Source: Tubulanus polymorphus
Lineage: Eukaryota > Animalia > Nemertea
Assembly (NCBI RefSeq): GCF_964204645.1
Contig: NC_134028.1
Span: forward strand, 26,532,345-26,596,344
Length of the DNA stretch: 64,000 nucleotides
Direction of reading: 5' to 3'
In this document: one piece after another, positions 23,910-38,181 of the stretch
How positions within the stretch are numbered: the stretch's first letter is position 1
Layout: the number at the start of each line of letters is the position of its first letter
The notes under the pieces: generated by a model
Told to the model about the DNA's origin: nothing
Seen by the model: the letters and a program-made list of their open reading frames with translations, nothing else
Database searches by the model: none
Translations under genes and position numbers: made by a program

Positions 23910-25900
23910 ATGTATGTGAGTGTGTGTAGAAACCCAGCTACCGGACTGAGACGTCACACCGGTGGTATATTCAACAATGCTAGTAACCGCCGGTCGCTAG
24001 GTCAGTTACCGCGCGTCAGTGAACCGTGGAAGTACGACCGATCGTGGAACCGTCGAATCTGGCTGAAGTTCTGTCTGGTTTACTTGACGATCGCTGTCAT
24101 CGGTTTCGTGTTCGTCGTTCTCGGATGCATTTACATTAAATTCAATTCGGTTTTACTTTGTGTATCGGCAATAGGTGCGTTTAGATCCATTACTTCATTA
24201 ACACAAGTCTAAACTCAATTACATTCTATAACCAGTAAATATAACAAATGTCTAAGGCTAAACAAAAATGATACCTTGTTTCTCCGCAGCGGCCGGGTCT
24301 GTTATGGTAAAATTGATCACGATTTTAAAAAAAGTAATGTATAGGGTAGATAGGCGGCCGGCCGGGTCAACATTTAAGCTCAGCAGAGCGGAGAAACAAG
24401 GTATCAATTTTTTTGGCCTAATCTCATTTTGGTTCTTTAGCTTAACTTAAAACCAGTCTTAGCTCATTTAAGCTCTATAACCAATCCACCACTCAAGACC
24501 AGATCTCCTTTGTGCTTAACTATGTTTTTTTTTCTATTTCAGTTGCTGGACTGATAATCCTGTTTGGAAGTTGTATTATGGGTAAGAGATATTTGAACAA
24601 GAAGAAAAGTGAACGTCTTGAAGCAGAACAGATCAGGGCACATTTACAACAGCAAGGTTATTATAATAATCAGTGGAATAATGAGGTTTAGGGGAGAGGG
24701 GGCGTCTGGAATGATTTATAGAAAGAGATCTGCAATGCTACGGTCATACTGAAGCTTATTAAAGGCTTTAGGCGTATATTTACTTCCAGGGTGATTGATG
24801 TCAACTCTCATCACCTCCGGGCGCAGTTCTGTGTAAGGCAGAATTTTTAGAAGCAAGATACATGAATTCTGTGCAATTGAAATCCTGGGAAATTGAAACT
24901 AGAAACAATTGAAACTTTTAATGGTTAGACAAGGTTTTGATCTTATCCGGATACTATTTAGGGTTCATCTGTACGCTTCATGAATGCGTGTTAAAGATGA
25001 TGTTTATACTGCAGATTTCTTATAAACTGGATGTATTTTTTTGGTCACAAGATCGTACCAATGATAACCAAACATTGTGTTAATTGGCGATGAACTTAAA
25101 ATTTCGCCTGAAAACCGCCGATGATAGCGGTTGATCGAGGATTCACTGTATCTGTATCTGTATCTGCTCTTACAAAAAACCTGTAATATTTTCACGGGAA
25201 AAATTAATTCGATTTTTGGTCGGATGTATTTTCAGGTTGCGGTGAAGCGGATATACCGTGGGAATTACCACCTCAATACACACCTACTGCTGATCCGAGT
25301 AGTTGTATAAACGAGGATTACCCGACTGTACACAGTATCAGCGGTCAGATTAAACCACCCGAATACTCGTTACATCTACCCTCGTATACTCGAGATCTTC
25401 CCACGTACGAAGAGAGTTTCCTCTCGTCGAATCCGGCGTCCGGATGTCAGACGGTGATTATGCTACACGAGCCCGCGGCGCCGACATCGTCTACCGCTCA
25501 TCACAGCACCGTTATAACGGTATCCAGTGATCCAAGCGGTGCGCATACCGGCGGTAATTCACCAGCCGTTCACAGTATCGTCGTCACCTCGTCCGATGAG
25601 ACGAGCTCGGGTAACGCCGCGGCCGCGAATCTACCGATTAATCACCGGTCGCTAACGACTTCGATCTCGTCGTCGTCCGAGGAAACCGCGTCGAATAACG
25701 GGCTGATGATATCTACGTGTAACACGGCGCAATCCTCACCTCTCTTACCGGCGGCAGCGGGCGTGGCTGGGGCGGGGGCGGCATCGCCTCGCGTCGTCAT
25801 CACTTCAACCACAAATTTAAACAACGATAATCAATCGACGACGACGACTAATAACAGACCGACTACGATCATCTCTCTGACTACAGTTCACTCGGTTTGA
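23910..25900 (+). CDS. Uncharacterised two-TM membrane protein with a cytoplasmic PPxY/LPxY-containing Ser/Thr-rich tail
   Basis: Exons 23910-~24174, 24543-24656 and 25236-25900 join in frame (phase 1/1). Two hydrophobic segments, then LPPQY, PPEY, LPSY and LPTYEE motifs. Confidence 0.8.
24253..24421. mobile_element. Short MITE with TIRs (ATACCTTGTTTCTCCGC / GCGGAGAAACAAGGTAT)
   Basis: Inverted repeats of about 30 bp with TAAGGC...GGCCTA ends and two internal GGCCGGGTC motifs. Confidence 0.6.
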
Positions 25901-27804
25901 AAAATACACGCGCGCGCTCGTCGGTGGATCCAGGGTCTTACGGGTCGTACGCGAGACCCAGTCTCGGTCCATCCTCGAGGCATGAATGTTGATGGTTCAA
26001 AAATGAATTCCATAGTTGATAATTAAACGTGCTGATGTATAAAACACACATCAAACCCATAGAGGAATCAAAAACAAACAAAAAAACAGATATTTTAAAT
26101 CGAAAGGTATTTGTAAACTTAGTATTATTGCGAGCATTGTAGAGACCATTATTATTAAGAATAGAATCTATAAATACAGCCGAAGCTGTCATTAAACAGA
26201 TATACTGATTATCGTCGTTCGATATTGTTGTTTGATATTAGATCGTAAATTATTAATGGGTACAGTGAATTTCTAGTCAATTTCTAGTCATTTTTAATGG
26301 TTTTAGCGCCAGTTTCATGTTAATTGATTTATTGTTTATTTATTTAGTTTGCTGCTGCTGCTGCTGCTGCTGCTGTTAAATGTTGTTCAATTTAACGTAA
26401 TCGTTGTTATTTTGGAATCGAAGTTAACAGATTCTATAATTGTCTCATTATTTATGGTTGTTTAATGCATTTAGTGGTGATAATGTGAGGTATATTTTCG
26501 ATGGTTGTTTTGTTGTAGTGAGTCTCAGTAATCTGTTATTAGAATGAATATTGTCAGTCAGAATGCGACCAGGTTCAGGGACGCAGATCCAGGGCAACTT
26601 GTGACACTTTTACAAGTCCATTTCTATTGCCCTTTTCTATTTTGTCCACAAAGACAATTGGTGGATTTCAGTGCGGTTGTGCCCCTGATTTTGTACATCG
26701 AAGTTCCCTTTTTGGATGTGACAAGTTCTTCAAAACAAGCTCCTCAATGCCGGAGTACACGTGATATTCCTTTTTTGGACATCAAAAATGGCCTTTTGCA
26801 ATGTGACAAGTCTTTCAAAATTGGCCTCTGGATCCACCCCTGACCAGTTTGCATAACAATATACATATGCTTTATTCTTATTCACAGAACTTAAATCTAT
26901 AGCCAGTCAGTATTCATTGAACACAATCGCATCGTTACTTAAATACGGTTAAACGCGAGCTAACTTAATATTGAAAAACGTCTCGCAAGTCTATTGTACT
27001 TATCATCCAGTACCGTGGCTGAGTTTCGCGATGCTATGTTCGAAATTTGCCGTAGGATTGTTGGTAAGTCAACAAACTTGCATCGATGGCAACTGATAAT
27101 CGTTTATTGCGTTTGAATAGTAGACACGTGACGTCACCACGCGTCATGATGAGGTCATTACGACGCACCCGTGACGTCACGTGAGTAACCTTAATCTCTA
27201 ATAATGTACTATAAAAATGAAATTTGATAAGAAGTAGTTTTGATATTTGTTGTATGAATATTTTTTATTTCATGTTTCATATATTACCGGTAATGATGTA
27301 TTTGTATCGTGGAAAATTCCGACGAATAAAAAATATTCGTATTAAAAACAAATAGTTAAAAGACTTAGTTTACTCCGTGTGCGAATGTTTTTAGTTTATT
27401 ATGTGGAATTTCTACAGATATCGGACACCAACCCCCGAAGCCTGATCGCAGGCGGGCCGGGATCTTATTCTATAGGATAAATTGGAAAGCTGGAGTCGAA
27501 AATGAGAAGGTATTCGCTGACGCAGCATGGTCTCGGTCAAACTCGCGCATGAAAAGGAAAAGTTCGTAGGAATCTTGTCATAATAATCTAGAGACCAATC
27601 ATCAATTACGTGTACGAATCTAGGAAGGAAGAAGATTGCCCACTTTTCTCACTCATTTCTTTGTATATAGCCGGTGGTAAGAATTTGCTGAAAATCATCA
27701 ATTATCTTGCCTATGCTATAATATGAACGGCCCCTCATATATAAGAAATGTAATGGTTTTACTGTTGAATAGTAGTTAGTTTCGTTTTGGATCCGTTCTG
27801 CACT

Positions 27805-29174
27805 TTACAGGTTACACATATCAGTTTCACAGGTGCACATCGTGGCTTGTACTCGATTGTCTCCACGTGTTATACACCGAGTCACTGCTTGCTGTCGATA
27901 AGAACAATGTCTCCCGACCACCGTCTCTTCTCCCAGTACTACAACACATCAAATATATATAGCACATTACTCACTTTTCAAATATCTAAATGTGTATATC
28001 AAAAACCATTAGTGACAAGATCAGAAAATAGACAGATGCGTTATTTCTTCTGATGTAATTTGAAGTTGAATAGTGTAAATCCCCGCTGATCATCCAGACT
28101 TCCAGACACTAAAATGGTGAATGTCCGACAGGTGGGATTCAGCCAATTTTGAAGGGCTTGTCGCATCCTGAAGGGGAACTTTAATGTCCAAAAAGATAAT
28201 ATTAGCTGAACGGTCGCAGTGAGGAATGCTTTCGAAGAACTTGACACATCAAACAAAGCAACATCAGGCGCACTACCACACTCATTGTAATGCTCCGATT
28301 ATCTTCATTGCCAAATTGAAAATTTGATGGGCTTGCTTGTACCAGTCTCATAAGTCCCGGCCTGGATCCGTCCCTGGTCTAAAGGGTTACAGATTACATA
28401 CGTGCATTTAACAATGTATTTACACTCGAATAACTTACATTTGATGACAGTTTTTACACAAGCAGTTGATTTAACGTCTTTCTGCAAATCGATCTCAGCG
28501 TCACAATTAAAAGCGTATCGGGTCAAATCAGCGACAGTCTGATTCTCGCCGCAGTCGCGATCTGTCTTTGACCGACAAACATAACAAACAATAGCCATAG
28601 CTGTCAATGGAAGATGATGTTATATAAAGTATTTCCATCGAGTAAGTTGCTTTATTATCGCCAATTTCCCGAATTCGACACTAATAATTTTGGAAATCAC
28701 GTCTTTTCGGGTGTATTTTTGTCTAAATAGTTTTGCTCCCCGCTCGCTCGCGGCCCCGACAATTATCCGGGGATTGCTCTTCAGTAGACTTCACTCGAGT
28801 CGGATCTTTTGGGAACGTAAAAATATGTCCTACTTCAGTGATATCCGAGTAGGATGTCATGCATTTCATACCTTATAGTGTCACAAAAATAAAAACATCC
28901 GAGTTGAACGGATCCGACTTGGGCGGAGTCCAACAAGTTACCTATAATCGGTAGACGAAAATATTCGATCGTAAAACTAGACCACCACAGACACTGCAGC
29001 TGCTGAGTGGCTGCGATCGTAAGGCTTGTCGACCTTTCTATCGTTAAGGCCCATTCAATTTTTTTAAGATCCTTGATCTGCCCCTGATTCGGAAATATAA
29101 TTTCGATGATGTTAGGTTTACTCACTTTGCTGCACGAGCAAAAGCACAAAAAGCGCATTCCACAATATCTTCAT
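27805..29174 (-). CDS. Secreted three-finger (Ly6/uPAR, quiver/sleepless-type) protein, 114 aa
   Basis: Exons 29126-29174, 28439-28600 and 27805-27938 give MKILWNALFVLLLVQQTMA-IVCYVCRSKTDRDCGENQ...FNCDAE...TACVKTVIKLLGEETVVGRHCSY...TRCITR...MCTCETDMCNL*. Signal peptide, 10 Cys, terminal CxCxxDxCN; TATA box about 50 bp upstream. Confidence 0.88.
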
Positions 29175-30137
29175 TCTGAGTAACATGATGGGCATAGAAT
29201 GATTACAGATAATATCATACTGTTTATATATACAACGTGTAAATGTGTCCAATCATTAAGTTGTTTATGGCTTTATTCTCTGAAATTATGCCAAATTATG
29301 CCAACAACAGCTACGAAATTACTTAATCGCATCCGTTAAGAATAAGCGTTATGGACTACTGGCAGGTATATCCTCATTGAATTCTCCGAGCAGGCAAGTA
29401 ATACTCGTCGTACAGGTGTCAATCTTCAACCTGGACCCTGGTCCCCACCTCTGACCCGCTGGTGGCACCCATGGACAGCGCTCACTATCAAGACTTCATA
29501 CTAAAATGTTAAATGTCTGAAGTGGGGTGGTTCGGCGCCCATGGATTATCAACGATCCTCCATTTCATGCATGGTATATGTGCAGACTTGGGCGATGTAG
29601 AAAAAAAGAAAAAGAACACACGTTAAATATAATACATTTAATCAGTTATGACGATTCCTTCACAAGTAAAACTAATATTCAATTTATTTAAAATTTGAAT
29701 GATAAATTATGCGGTGATGTATTTTGTTACAATATATTTACAGTTTACCTGACAACAATTAACGAACATATTTCATCAATTATATAAGTTATCATTAATG
29801 ATTAGATATCACTATTTTGATATGTTTGATTTCAAAACGAAGGGCAATTCCTTTAAAAAAATTCGCGAAAGTACATTGTCGCACACATCTGTTATTAATC
29901 CGATAAGAATCCATTATACACCCCAGCTTGTTCTCCAACCGGTTTTAGCTTTAACGCGGGTGGACTCTGATGGATTTGATTTAACTCCGGGTATCAGACC
30001 AATCTATAGAACTGGCCCTGCGCCTGCATTTCTCTGTGGTTGTTTTTAATACGCAAATGTAATAAGTTGAAGACAGCAATCGCGCCAACACCACGCAGTC
30101 TATAAAACAGACCCCTGCGCGAATTGTGTCGTTATTT

Positions 30138-33100
30138 TCATGAATTTTCAGCTATATTCCGTTTGATCCAGTTTACGAATTTAGAAACTTCAATATTCAC
30201 AGCAGGTAATGGTCTGGCGCAACCGAGGCCGCCGATAGTAACGCCGACAGCGAACCAGCGACCTGAAGACTTGTCCTCACATACAAATGATGTACCACTA
30301 TCACCCTGAAAAACGAATGAATGAATCATTTTTTCTGAATAAATGATTATTACGATGATATTTAAAATATAGAATAGCGAATGTAATTCATTGAGGAGAC
30401 ACCCCGAGACTAGAGAGACTGTGCGTATGATCGGGTGCCCCAAATAAATGATAATAAATTATCAACGTCCATGGAAACATACATGAAAATAATCATATAT
30501 ACTTTAACAGTGCTTAAGAACATATTTTGATAATTCCTGATATTTTTTAGACATGTCTATGTAACACAGTAAACCGAGACAGCAAACACACACACTACAT
30601 AAAACATAATCAATAATTAATAAAATCTGACAGAACGGCAGTTCGACATCCTGACCTTGACCTGGATGTCTTTATCACTTAACAATCCGGAAGTATTGGC
30701 CATCCTCTAATGGACGTTATCGTGTGGACTTACCTGGCACGAGTCCAAGCCTTTCTGCCCCCCTGCGCATAGATGATGATCGCGCAACATTCCCACGACG
30801 GCTTTATCGGCCGTTTCCAGAGCAATTTGACATTCTGTACGATTAACGATGGATAGCCGAACTTCTCGAGCGACCTCGGAAAAATCTTTACCTGTGAAAA
30901 AAATTACATGATTCTTTGAGACCAGAATGAAGTTTGGACCCACTTAAGTTATATACGTGTTATGTAGCTGTTTTATACGTTTAGATAAATGTTTCTATAT
31001 GAACTGTTAGCGGACAAACCCGGTATAACTCACCATCTTCGGCAGTTCGTCCGAATCCCGCGGCATAGCAGCGCGTCCCGGCCGGTAATTTGAGATCTGC
31101 AGCCGGTAAACAAATCGGTCTGACGTAATCATTGAAATCGACAGGTCGATCTAACTTTATTAAACTGATATCGTTTGGCCAGTTTCCATAGGTGTAATTC
31201 GTCGTGCGAACCATGTGGATTGGTTTTCGCGTTTGCCTGTAGGGGGAGTAGGCGTTTCGCCTGGTGACTCCGAATACGAGGGTCATGTCGCTCTTCTCCG
31301 TCAAACTGGAACAATATGAATTAATAGAACTTGATTATAACGTGATTCAGACGCTTGACGACACCTGGCGACAGACTGATGTTGTGAACAAAATCGTTAA
31401 TTGATCAAATGACTCCATATGAACATTGAGACTCCGTGTCGCTTAAGAACCGATCCGATCGTAAAGGGATCGTCGATTTTTCGGTCGGGGATTTTTTTTG
31501 CGACGTGAGTTGAACATGTGACTCTTTTTCTTACGATCAGATCGGAACAGATCTTGCGTGACTTGAGTGTACTAATAAAGATTGATCTTAAGTTCGTAGG
31601 CAATGAACATCGAGATGTACACATCACATGACTTCAGCGTTCATTTCAAAATGATCATGGATCTCAGACGACCTGAGTGGACAAACGTGTCTAGGTCGAA
31701 TCAGAGACTCGACCTCGTGATGTGACATCAGTGTTCTTAAGATCGAATCAGATGATCGCATCTTAGTGCGACCTGAGTTTGGCCCAGACTTTTACCATTT
31801 GGGCACCGACCGCCTGACTCAAGAAAACGACAATATATACTCACTAGCCGATGCAATGTGAAGCAGTGAGTACCCATTGTTGGTGTATAAGACCTCCACC
31901 GCAGTAGAACGCGTTTCTACCGCCTAAATGTATCGATACCAACCACGGCCAAGTACCCGGTTTTACTTCTGAACCGCCGACGATTCTCAGCATATGTGGC
32001 ACGTAAGCCGGGCGCATCCCACATTCTAAAACAGTATGAAATTACCAATTAGAATATATACATGTATAGTACACGTTTTTCACCTAGTTAAAAGTCTAAA
32101 AAAGTGGAGGTAGATTTCGTAGTAATCTTACGTATATCACCGCACGTAACGCGTGTTGCCGTTCCAGACGCACACGTTGTATTAGACGATGTATCGACGT
32201 TTGATATAAAATACTTTGTTGATAACGGATCGTGCATCGTGACGTCATTCAGGGTGGCCATGTCGGCGGATGATGAGTTTGTGACGACTGGATTGAAACT
32301 CGGAGATTCTTGACTAGAACTGAAATATACGAGGCAAAGCATTTTCGAACGGTGTAAGTTAACTAGTTCCTGGCACAGGGGCTCGTACCAGAGTTGTAGG
32401 GAGTGTAAAAAAGAATTGTCTAAATCATAGACACTGGATTTTGAACTAATCGTTTTTACACTACCTACAACTCTGGTACGAATCTCTGTTGTTCTTGGAA
32501 GTTGTTAATGAGACTTGTATTAAAGTTGTTAAACGGTTTGGGTAGATATTGATACCTGTAAGTGAGCTGTCGACAAACTGCGTTCGTTGTATTATATGTC
32601 CATCTATCCGAACATACAGGCATCCACGTGCCATTAATACCGTTGAATACTTCGACTAAACCATTACCGTTCGTAGAACTTTCCACGAATCGAGCTGAAA
32701 AACGGTGTATCATTAAAATCTATCAAATAATAATCATCTTGATTTAGAATCCTTATGTGGGATTCTATATTCGCTTACACCATTCCAAATACACCATGTT
32801 TAGAATTGTCTATAATCAACATGACTAATTTAACTGCAAAACACCATAATATTTAATCAGATGAATGGTGATCGACACAATATCATAGTCAATTCGTCTC
32901 TCATGGTCTGGATATGCTATTATAGCTTTGCCCGAGGACGCCCTGTTCGACTGCGCCAATCGAGGATTCCGCTTGTGGCAAGCGAGGATCCAACAGGTTC
33001 GCTAGTGTGAATTCGGACTCAAAATGCTCGATCTAAAAAATTCTATGAATAACGAATGAACAAAACGTGCAATATTTGAACCCGAAAGATCAATTTGAGA

Positions 33101-36100
33101 TTATCAAGAGATATAAGATAATAATTTCCGGTGTGGAAGGCGAAAAATTCAAAATGGAAGTAAATCTAATTATGAACTTAATTTTGATAGAGTTAACCGA
33201 TCGATACGCGCGCCATCTAGCAGAATATCGATGCAGCCTGAGGTCGATCATTCACGGCTGTTAAGACTTACTGCAATTTCGTTCGTCGTAAGCCGCATAA
33301 CAATCAACTACACCATCACAGTGTTTCGACACAGGAATACATTCATGGCTCTTACACTGATATTCACTCAGTTTATCGCACGAAGCTAAAATTAAAAATC
33401 AAAATGACGTCACAACATATTCTGCATCAATTCGTCTTCCATACGATACTTTAATCAAATCCTGGACTCTAAAACAGAGTCCAGGGTCAAACTGACCACA
33501 CTGAGTTGTCTCATCCGAATTGTCTTCACAATCCTGGTTCCCGTCACAGCGCCACCTTTTGGGCAAACAACGACCATCGTCGCACTTGAAATGGTCTTCA
33601 GGACAAGCTACGTAACAAGAGTGAAATCCAAATATCCAAAATTTGTTTATCTCGGACAGGCCCTGTTTGTATATATCACCGATAGGAATTTGGAATCTAG
33701 ATGTTCCTTTCCTTATATCTCTGATATTGATTACCTTTCTGTACGGGTGGTGTCGCTGCCTCCAGTCCACCGACACAAATACCGGGATCCGTAGAATTCG
33801 GGAAGTCCGAACAGTTGATAGGGGGAGGCCATGCGACGTAAGCTAGTTCCAATATGGGGCCGCAATTAGCGAATGTTTCTGAAAGGAACGGAATTTGATG
33901 ATAGCCACAATTTGATGGTACGGTTTTAGATTATGATAAATCAGCTCAGAAATAACGACTTACCCTCGCAGATGTTCCGACACGGTGGTAATATATGATA
34001 CGGCGGTGTCGAATTTCCGCTACATTTCGGTAAATAGAGAGAACAGCCGAACAGCGCCGCGTGTTCGTAGCAATTGAAACTTTTATCGGTAAAATACAGA
34101 CCCCACAGTAATATAGAATGTATCGCTTCATTCTCATTCGAGTGGTTTAACAAATTGGGAAAAGCGGTGAAATTGTAGAATTGAGAACAAGTGATGTTCT
34201 GATAGTTGACGACCATAGGTGTGCATTCTCCTACTGAAATATTGAGAATAAAACAAACAATAAACCGTTTACATCAGCCCTCTCATTCATTAGTAGATAT
34301 TTGATCTGAATCGTTTTTGATTAGGTACAACTCTTCCGGGAGCGAAACAAAGGGTTTTATGTAACCGTTATAGGTAGCAGCCATTTTGTGAGGACAATTT
34401 TTGTCCTGAAGCCTTTTTACAGTTTTCACCAATTATTTTTGTCGGTTAATCGAGTCTTGGTTTTTTTCGTTCATATCTCTGATATGCACGACGATAGGAA
34501 CGGAGTTGCAATATCAATCATATATGGCTGATAATAACACTTTTTATTATCTTACTCATTTATATACTTTATAAGCGTTGTTTCCCATTTTTGTTCAAAA
34601 TCATTTTTAATCGCGTTTTATTATATCATATTTCATCGGCCCTTATAGATGTTTACATCTTTGTGGTACCATGTTCTAGCAGAGGGAATGTCTCGTTTTC
34701 GGGGCGGGTTGCACGAAAACATGGGCCGGGAGCAATCTTTAAAAATGTCCGTTTAGGCTAATCTGATTAAAAACGAATGCGGTGTGTACGTGCGGATAGT
34801 TGTGTAGGATTAGATGATATAACACCGAGTCAAATATTTATTTCATCGCTTTTCGATAATTTCACGGAGGTGAAAACGAAAACAAGTCGTCGTTCTAAAT
34901 TGCGGCGAGAAGCTCTTGATGTGCCGCGAATATATAAATACAAAACGCCCATATTGACGTTTGAAGTAACGTTTAATGATTTCCACCTACACTGAAAACA
35001 CTCTCACTAATAAACTGACACTATATATATATATATATGATTTATATTATATATATATATAGTCAGTTTATTAGTGAGAGTGTTTTCAGTGTAGGTGGAA
35101 ATCATTAAACGTTACTTCAAACGTATATATTGCGTATGAAATTAATCGGTAGAGCCAAACTACATCACTTTTCTCACCACGAGATGGCGTGGCGAGTACT
35201 CAGTCTATTTGAATTTGAATACCTTTACTCTAGATATTTTGAAAAACCAAACCGTCCAATTGGCTTTAAATTCATTAAAAACAGGCTTAGATGTGAATAG
35301 ATTCCTCCAATAGTACATATTGTAAACCGACCATCAAAGATTCAAATTTAACTTTTCTGCTACTTATTCATTTTCGAGAAAAGTTTATCCGATTTCTGTT
35401 GAAGTCTCGGAGGCGATATGATTTACGATTAGCAAAACCTCGCGGATCATCGTGGAATTCTACAAAAGTCCTCATTAATCGGTGATGTATTGAAAATAAC
35501 GTATCTATTTACCAGGAGTAGCGTTTGTCGGGGCAACTGTAGTTGTGGACGGTAACGTGGGTGCAGGTGTAACCGATGTCGTCAGTAAAGGATCTAAAAA
35601 CCCAGAAAAATACATGCGGTTAAAGAGAAAATCAATCAATTTAAACTCGATAAGAAACAGCAAAACTCGAAAATAGAAATCATCTTCATATCAAGCATGC
35701 GCACGCGGTCAACTGAAAGATTCGTGACTTTCCGTTGAAAAATGCTGCTCCATTTGCTGAGCTCCCGCCACAAAAGCCACCCGCGAACAGATAACTTGCA
35801 GTAAAATGTTTCAATATAATTTTGAAAGGCGTTTAATATGTCAGATCAATTGTTAATTTGGTATATCTTATACACACGGTTTTAGTTCGTGGGAAAAATA
35901 CTTTTACTTCTCACAAGTAGCCATAATCATAGTAGTTAAACACACAATTTTCGACATGCTATTCGAGACGTCATTGTAATTTTCGACCAGATATAGTTCT
36001 AGCATGCCACATTCATTCTCTAAAACTAATACTTATATAGACTCGTCTTCCTTGTCAAACTGAATCGCACTCTGTCGAACCCTTCATTAACACTATTAGC

Positions 36101-38181
36101 GCAAAACGAAAAATCCAGGACAAACGGAAAATTGTGCGCGAAAACTGTTATAAATTTCTTACTGTCAGAAGTGATGTTAATGGATAGTTTATCGACTACA
36201 AAAGGGCCAAGTGTTCCATCAGTATCCGCGAATAGGCGAACTGCATCTTCCATTTTTTGATGAGTATCTTCGTAAACCGACACCATTGACTTCATTTTCA
36301 GGACGAAGTCGACTTTAACGCTGCCATTTCTGTGAGCAATAATATAGACATTCATTTAAAAATATAATGTCTAGACCAAAATCAATCATTTTTGAGAAAT
36401 ACAGGAAGATGTTTTTTTATCATGTTTCACGTTCAGTTTTATCGAAATATGCTTATACAAATGCCTTCGAATGCTTTATTACTTTGACGAGTAGGATTCT
36501 TTTGTGGCCACGAAAACAAATTCACGAATAAACTACACGATAAACAAGCTTTCATAAACGTAATTCAAGGGTTTCTAGTATAAAGGAAATAAAGGATTAT
36601 TTTTGGATCCAGAGGTAGTGTAGTTGTAAAGTGTCCATCTAAATTGATTGATGACAGTTTAATTCGACATCTGAATAAGTGAGTAGACCGTAACAACGAC
36701 TATAATAAAACTTTAGGGTTCGTAATGCCATATAGGCCTCAGTAATACTAACGTGAGTTTCATTATTTGAGTACCATTATATAAATCACTGTAACTACTC
36801 TTCTTGAAGGCTCTATCAATCTGGCAATGTATAAAACATGCAAAAACCGGTTTTATTGGAAAACATAAAAGATTCATGAGATTATAAACGCGAATCGGTT
36901 GGTGATTTCAGCCCATTGCTAAAAAGAATTATTTTTCAATCATTATTTTTCTATAGCTAAGTACTGACCTGGAATTGAAAGTTTTCCTTGAATATGTTAT
37001 ATTCCAAAGAATTTTCGTTTCCTAACTGAGCTGAATATTTAGAAAACGGGCCTCCTATCACTTTAATATTGCCTTGAAATAAATCCGTGCTATACTTTTC
37101 TGTAAAATAAAATCATCAAACATAAATTTATATTTATATATATATATACATCATAGGTTTTTATGTATTATCTGCATGAACTGTTTCATTTCACTGACCT
37201 TTGACATATTTTCCACCTATTTCGGGATGGAAGACTGGAATTTGAATGAAGAAATTGACATCATTTTGTTTTCTGATCATCTCAAACTACTACAACAACA
37301 TCTAAAACAATATTTCATCAATCTTCGGATTTATTTTTGAATTTAGGTAGCTGAGGTTCATGGTGGACACAAAAGTGTACATTTATTTGCAACCCGAGTT
37401 ATCGTCAAAATCGTTTGTCCGAAAATACAAGGTAAGAAACAATAGATATTCTGAAGCACCTCATTACGTAGTGCATTTAATGCCTATTGCCTGATTTTTA
37501 GTTCGACGTCAATTCAGATAAAAATCCCAACGTAGGCATCGTAGCTAATTGAATGAATATTTTATGCGAAAGTCATTTGAATCGGACCAATTATTTTACC
37601 GGGAGTATCATTTAGTAAATTGGGATCGATCGAATTTTCAAAGGGCAATAACTATGCACCTTACTTATACTCGGACTACGTAAGGACTCGTTTAAGTTCA
37701 CAATAGAACGCTGAAAACTAACTCCGCGTACATCAAGTATAGTACATCTATTCAGTCAGGATATTGTTCTGGCGGACACGAGAAAAACATTTTCTCACGG
37801 AAAATGAATTTTTAACAAATGGAAATATTTCCTGGAAAAATCATAAGAAATAAATTTCTTTTGGATGAGAAAAAATGCCGAAAATCCACTTAAATATTTC
37901 TTAAGTGTTCAGGATGCATTCCATTATACTGGTAGTTTGACGTATGCGTATTGCTTACCTAGAAAGTATAAACATAAGGTCAAGGTAACTGTGACGTAGA
38001 TACAGACGACCAATAGGACGCAACAGAACATGCAGCCCACGTGTTTGCTCTTATATTCCGAACCGAATGTGATTGGTCGAACGCAATCGGTGCCGGTTCG
38101 ATGCTGAATCTTTCCGCCATTGCCGTAGTTCTGTAAAGGGTAGTCATTATCGCATTCATACGCTGGATTGTCGTATCGCGC
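30138..38181 (-). CDS. Corin-like type II transmembrane serine protease (TM-SEA-Frizzled-2xLDLa-SRCR-trypsin); 5' end uncertain, candidate first exon 40745-40762 (MMIFQK)
   Basis: TM exon 37959-38181; SEA exons ~37099-36162 (NGSVKVDF); Fz exons ~34233-33735 ([23 protein letters not shown]); LDLa exons ~33607-33271; SRCR ~32694-32131; protease exons ~32025-31845 (RIVGG..LTASHC), ~31306-31034 (NDISL), ~30892-30733 (DSCQ), 30306-30138 (GDSGT). Confidence 0.9.
34957..35124. repeat. Perfect 63-bp inverted repeat with a 42-bp (TA)-rich spacer
   Basis: 34957-35019 is the reverse complement of 35062-35124. Confidence 0.9.
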
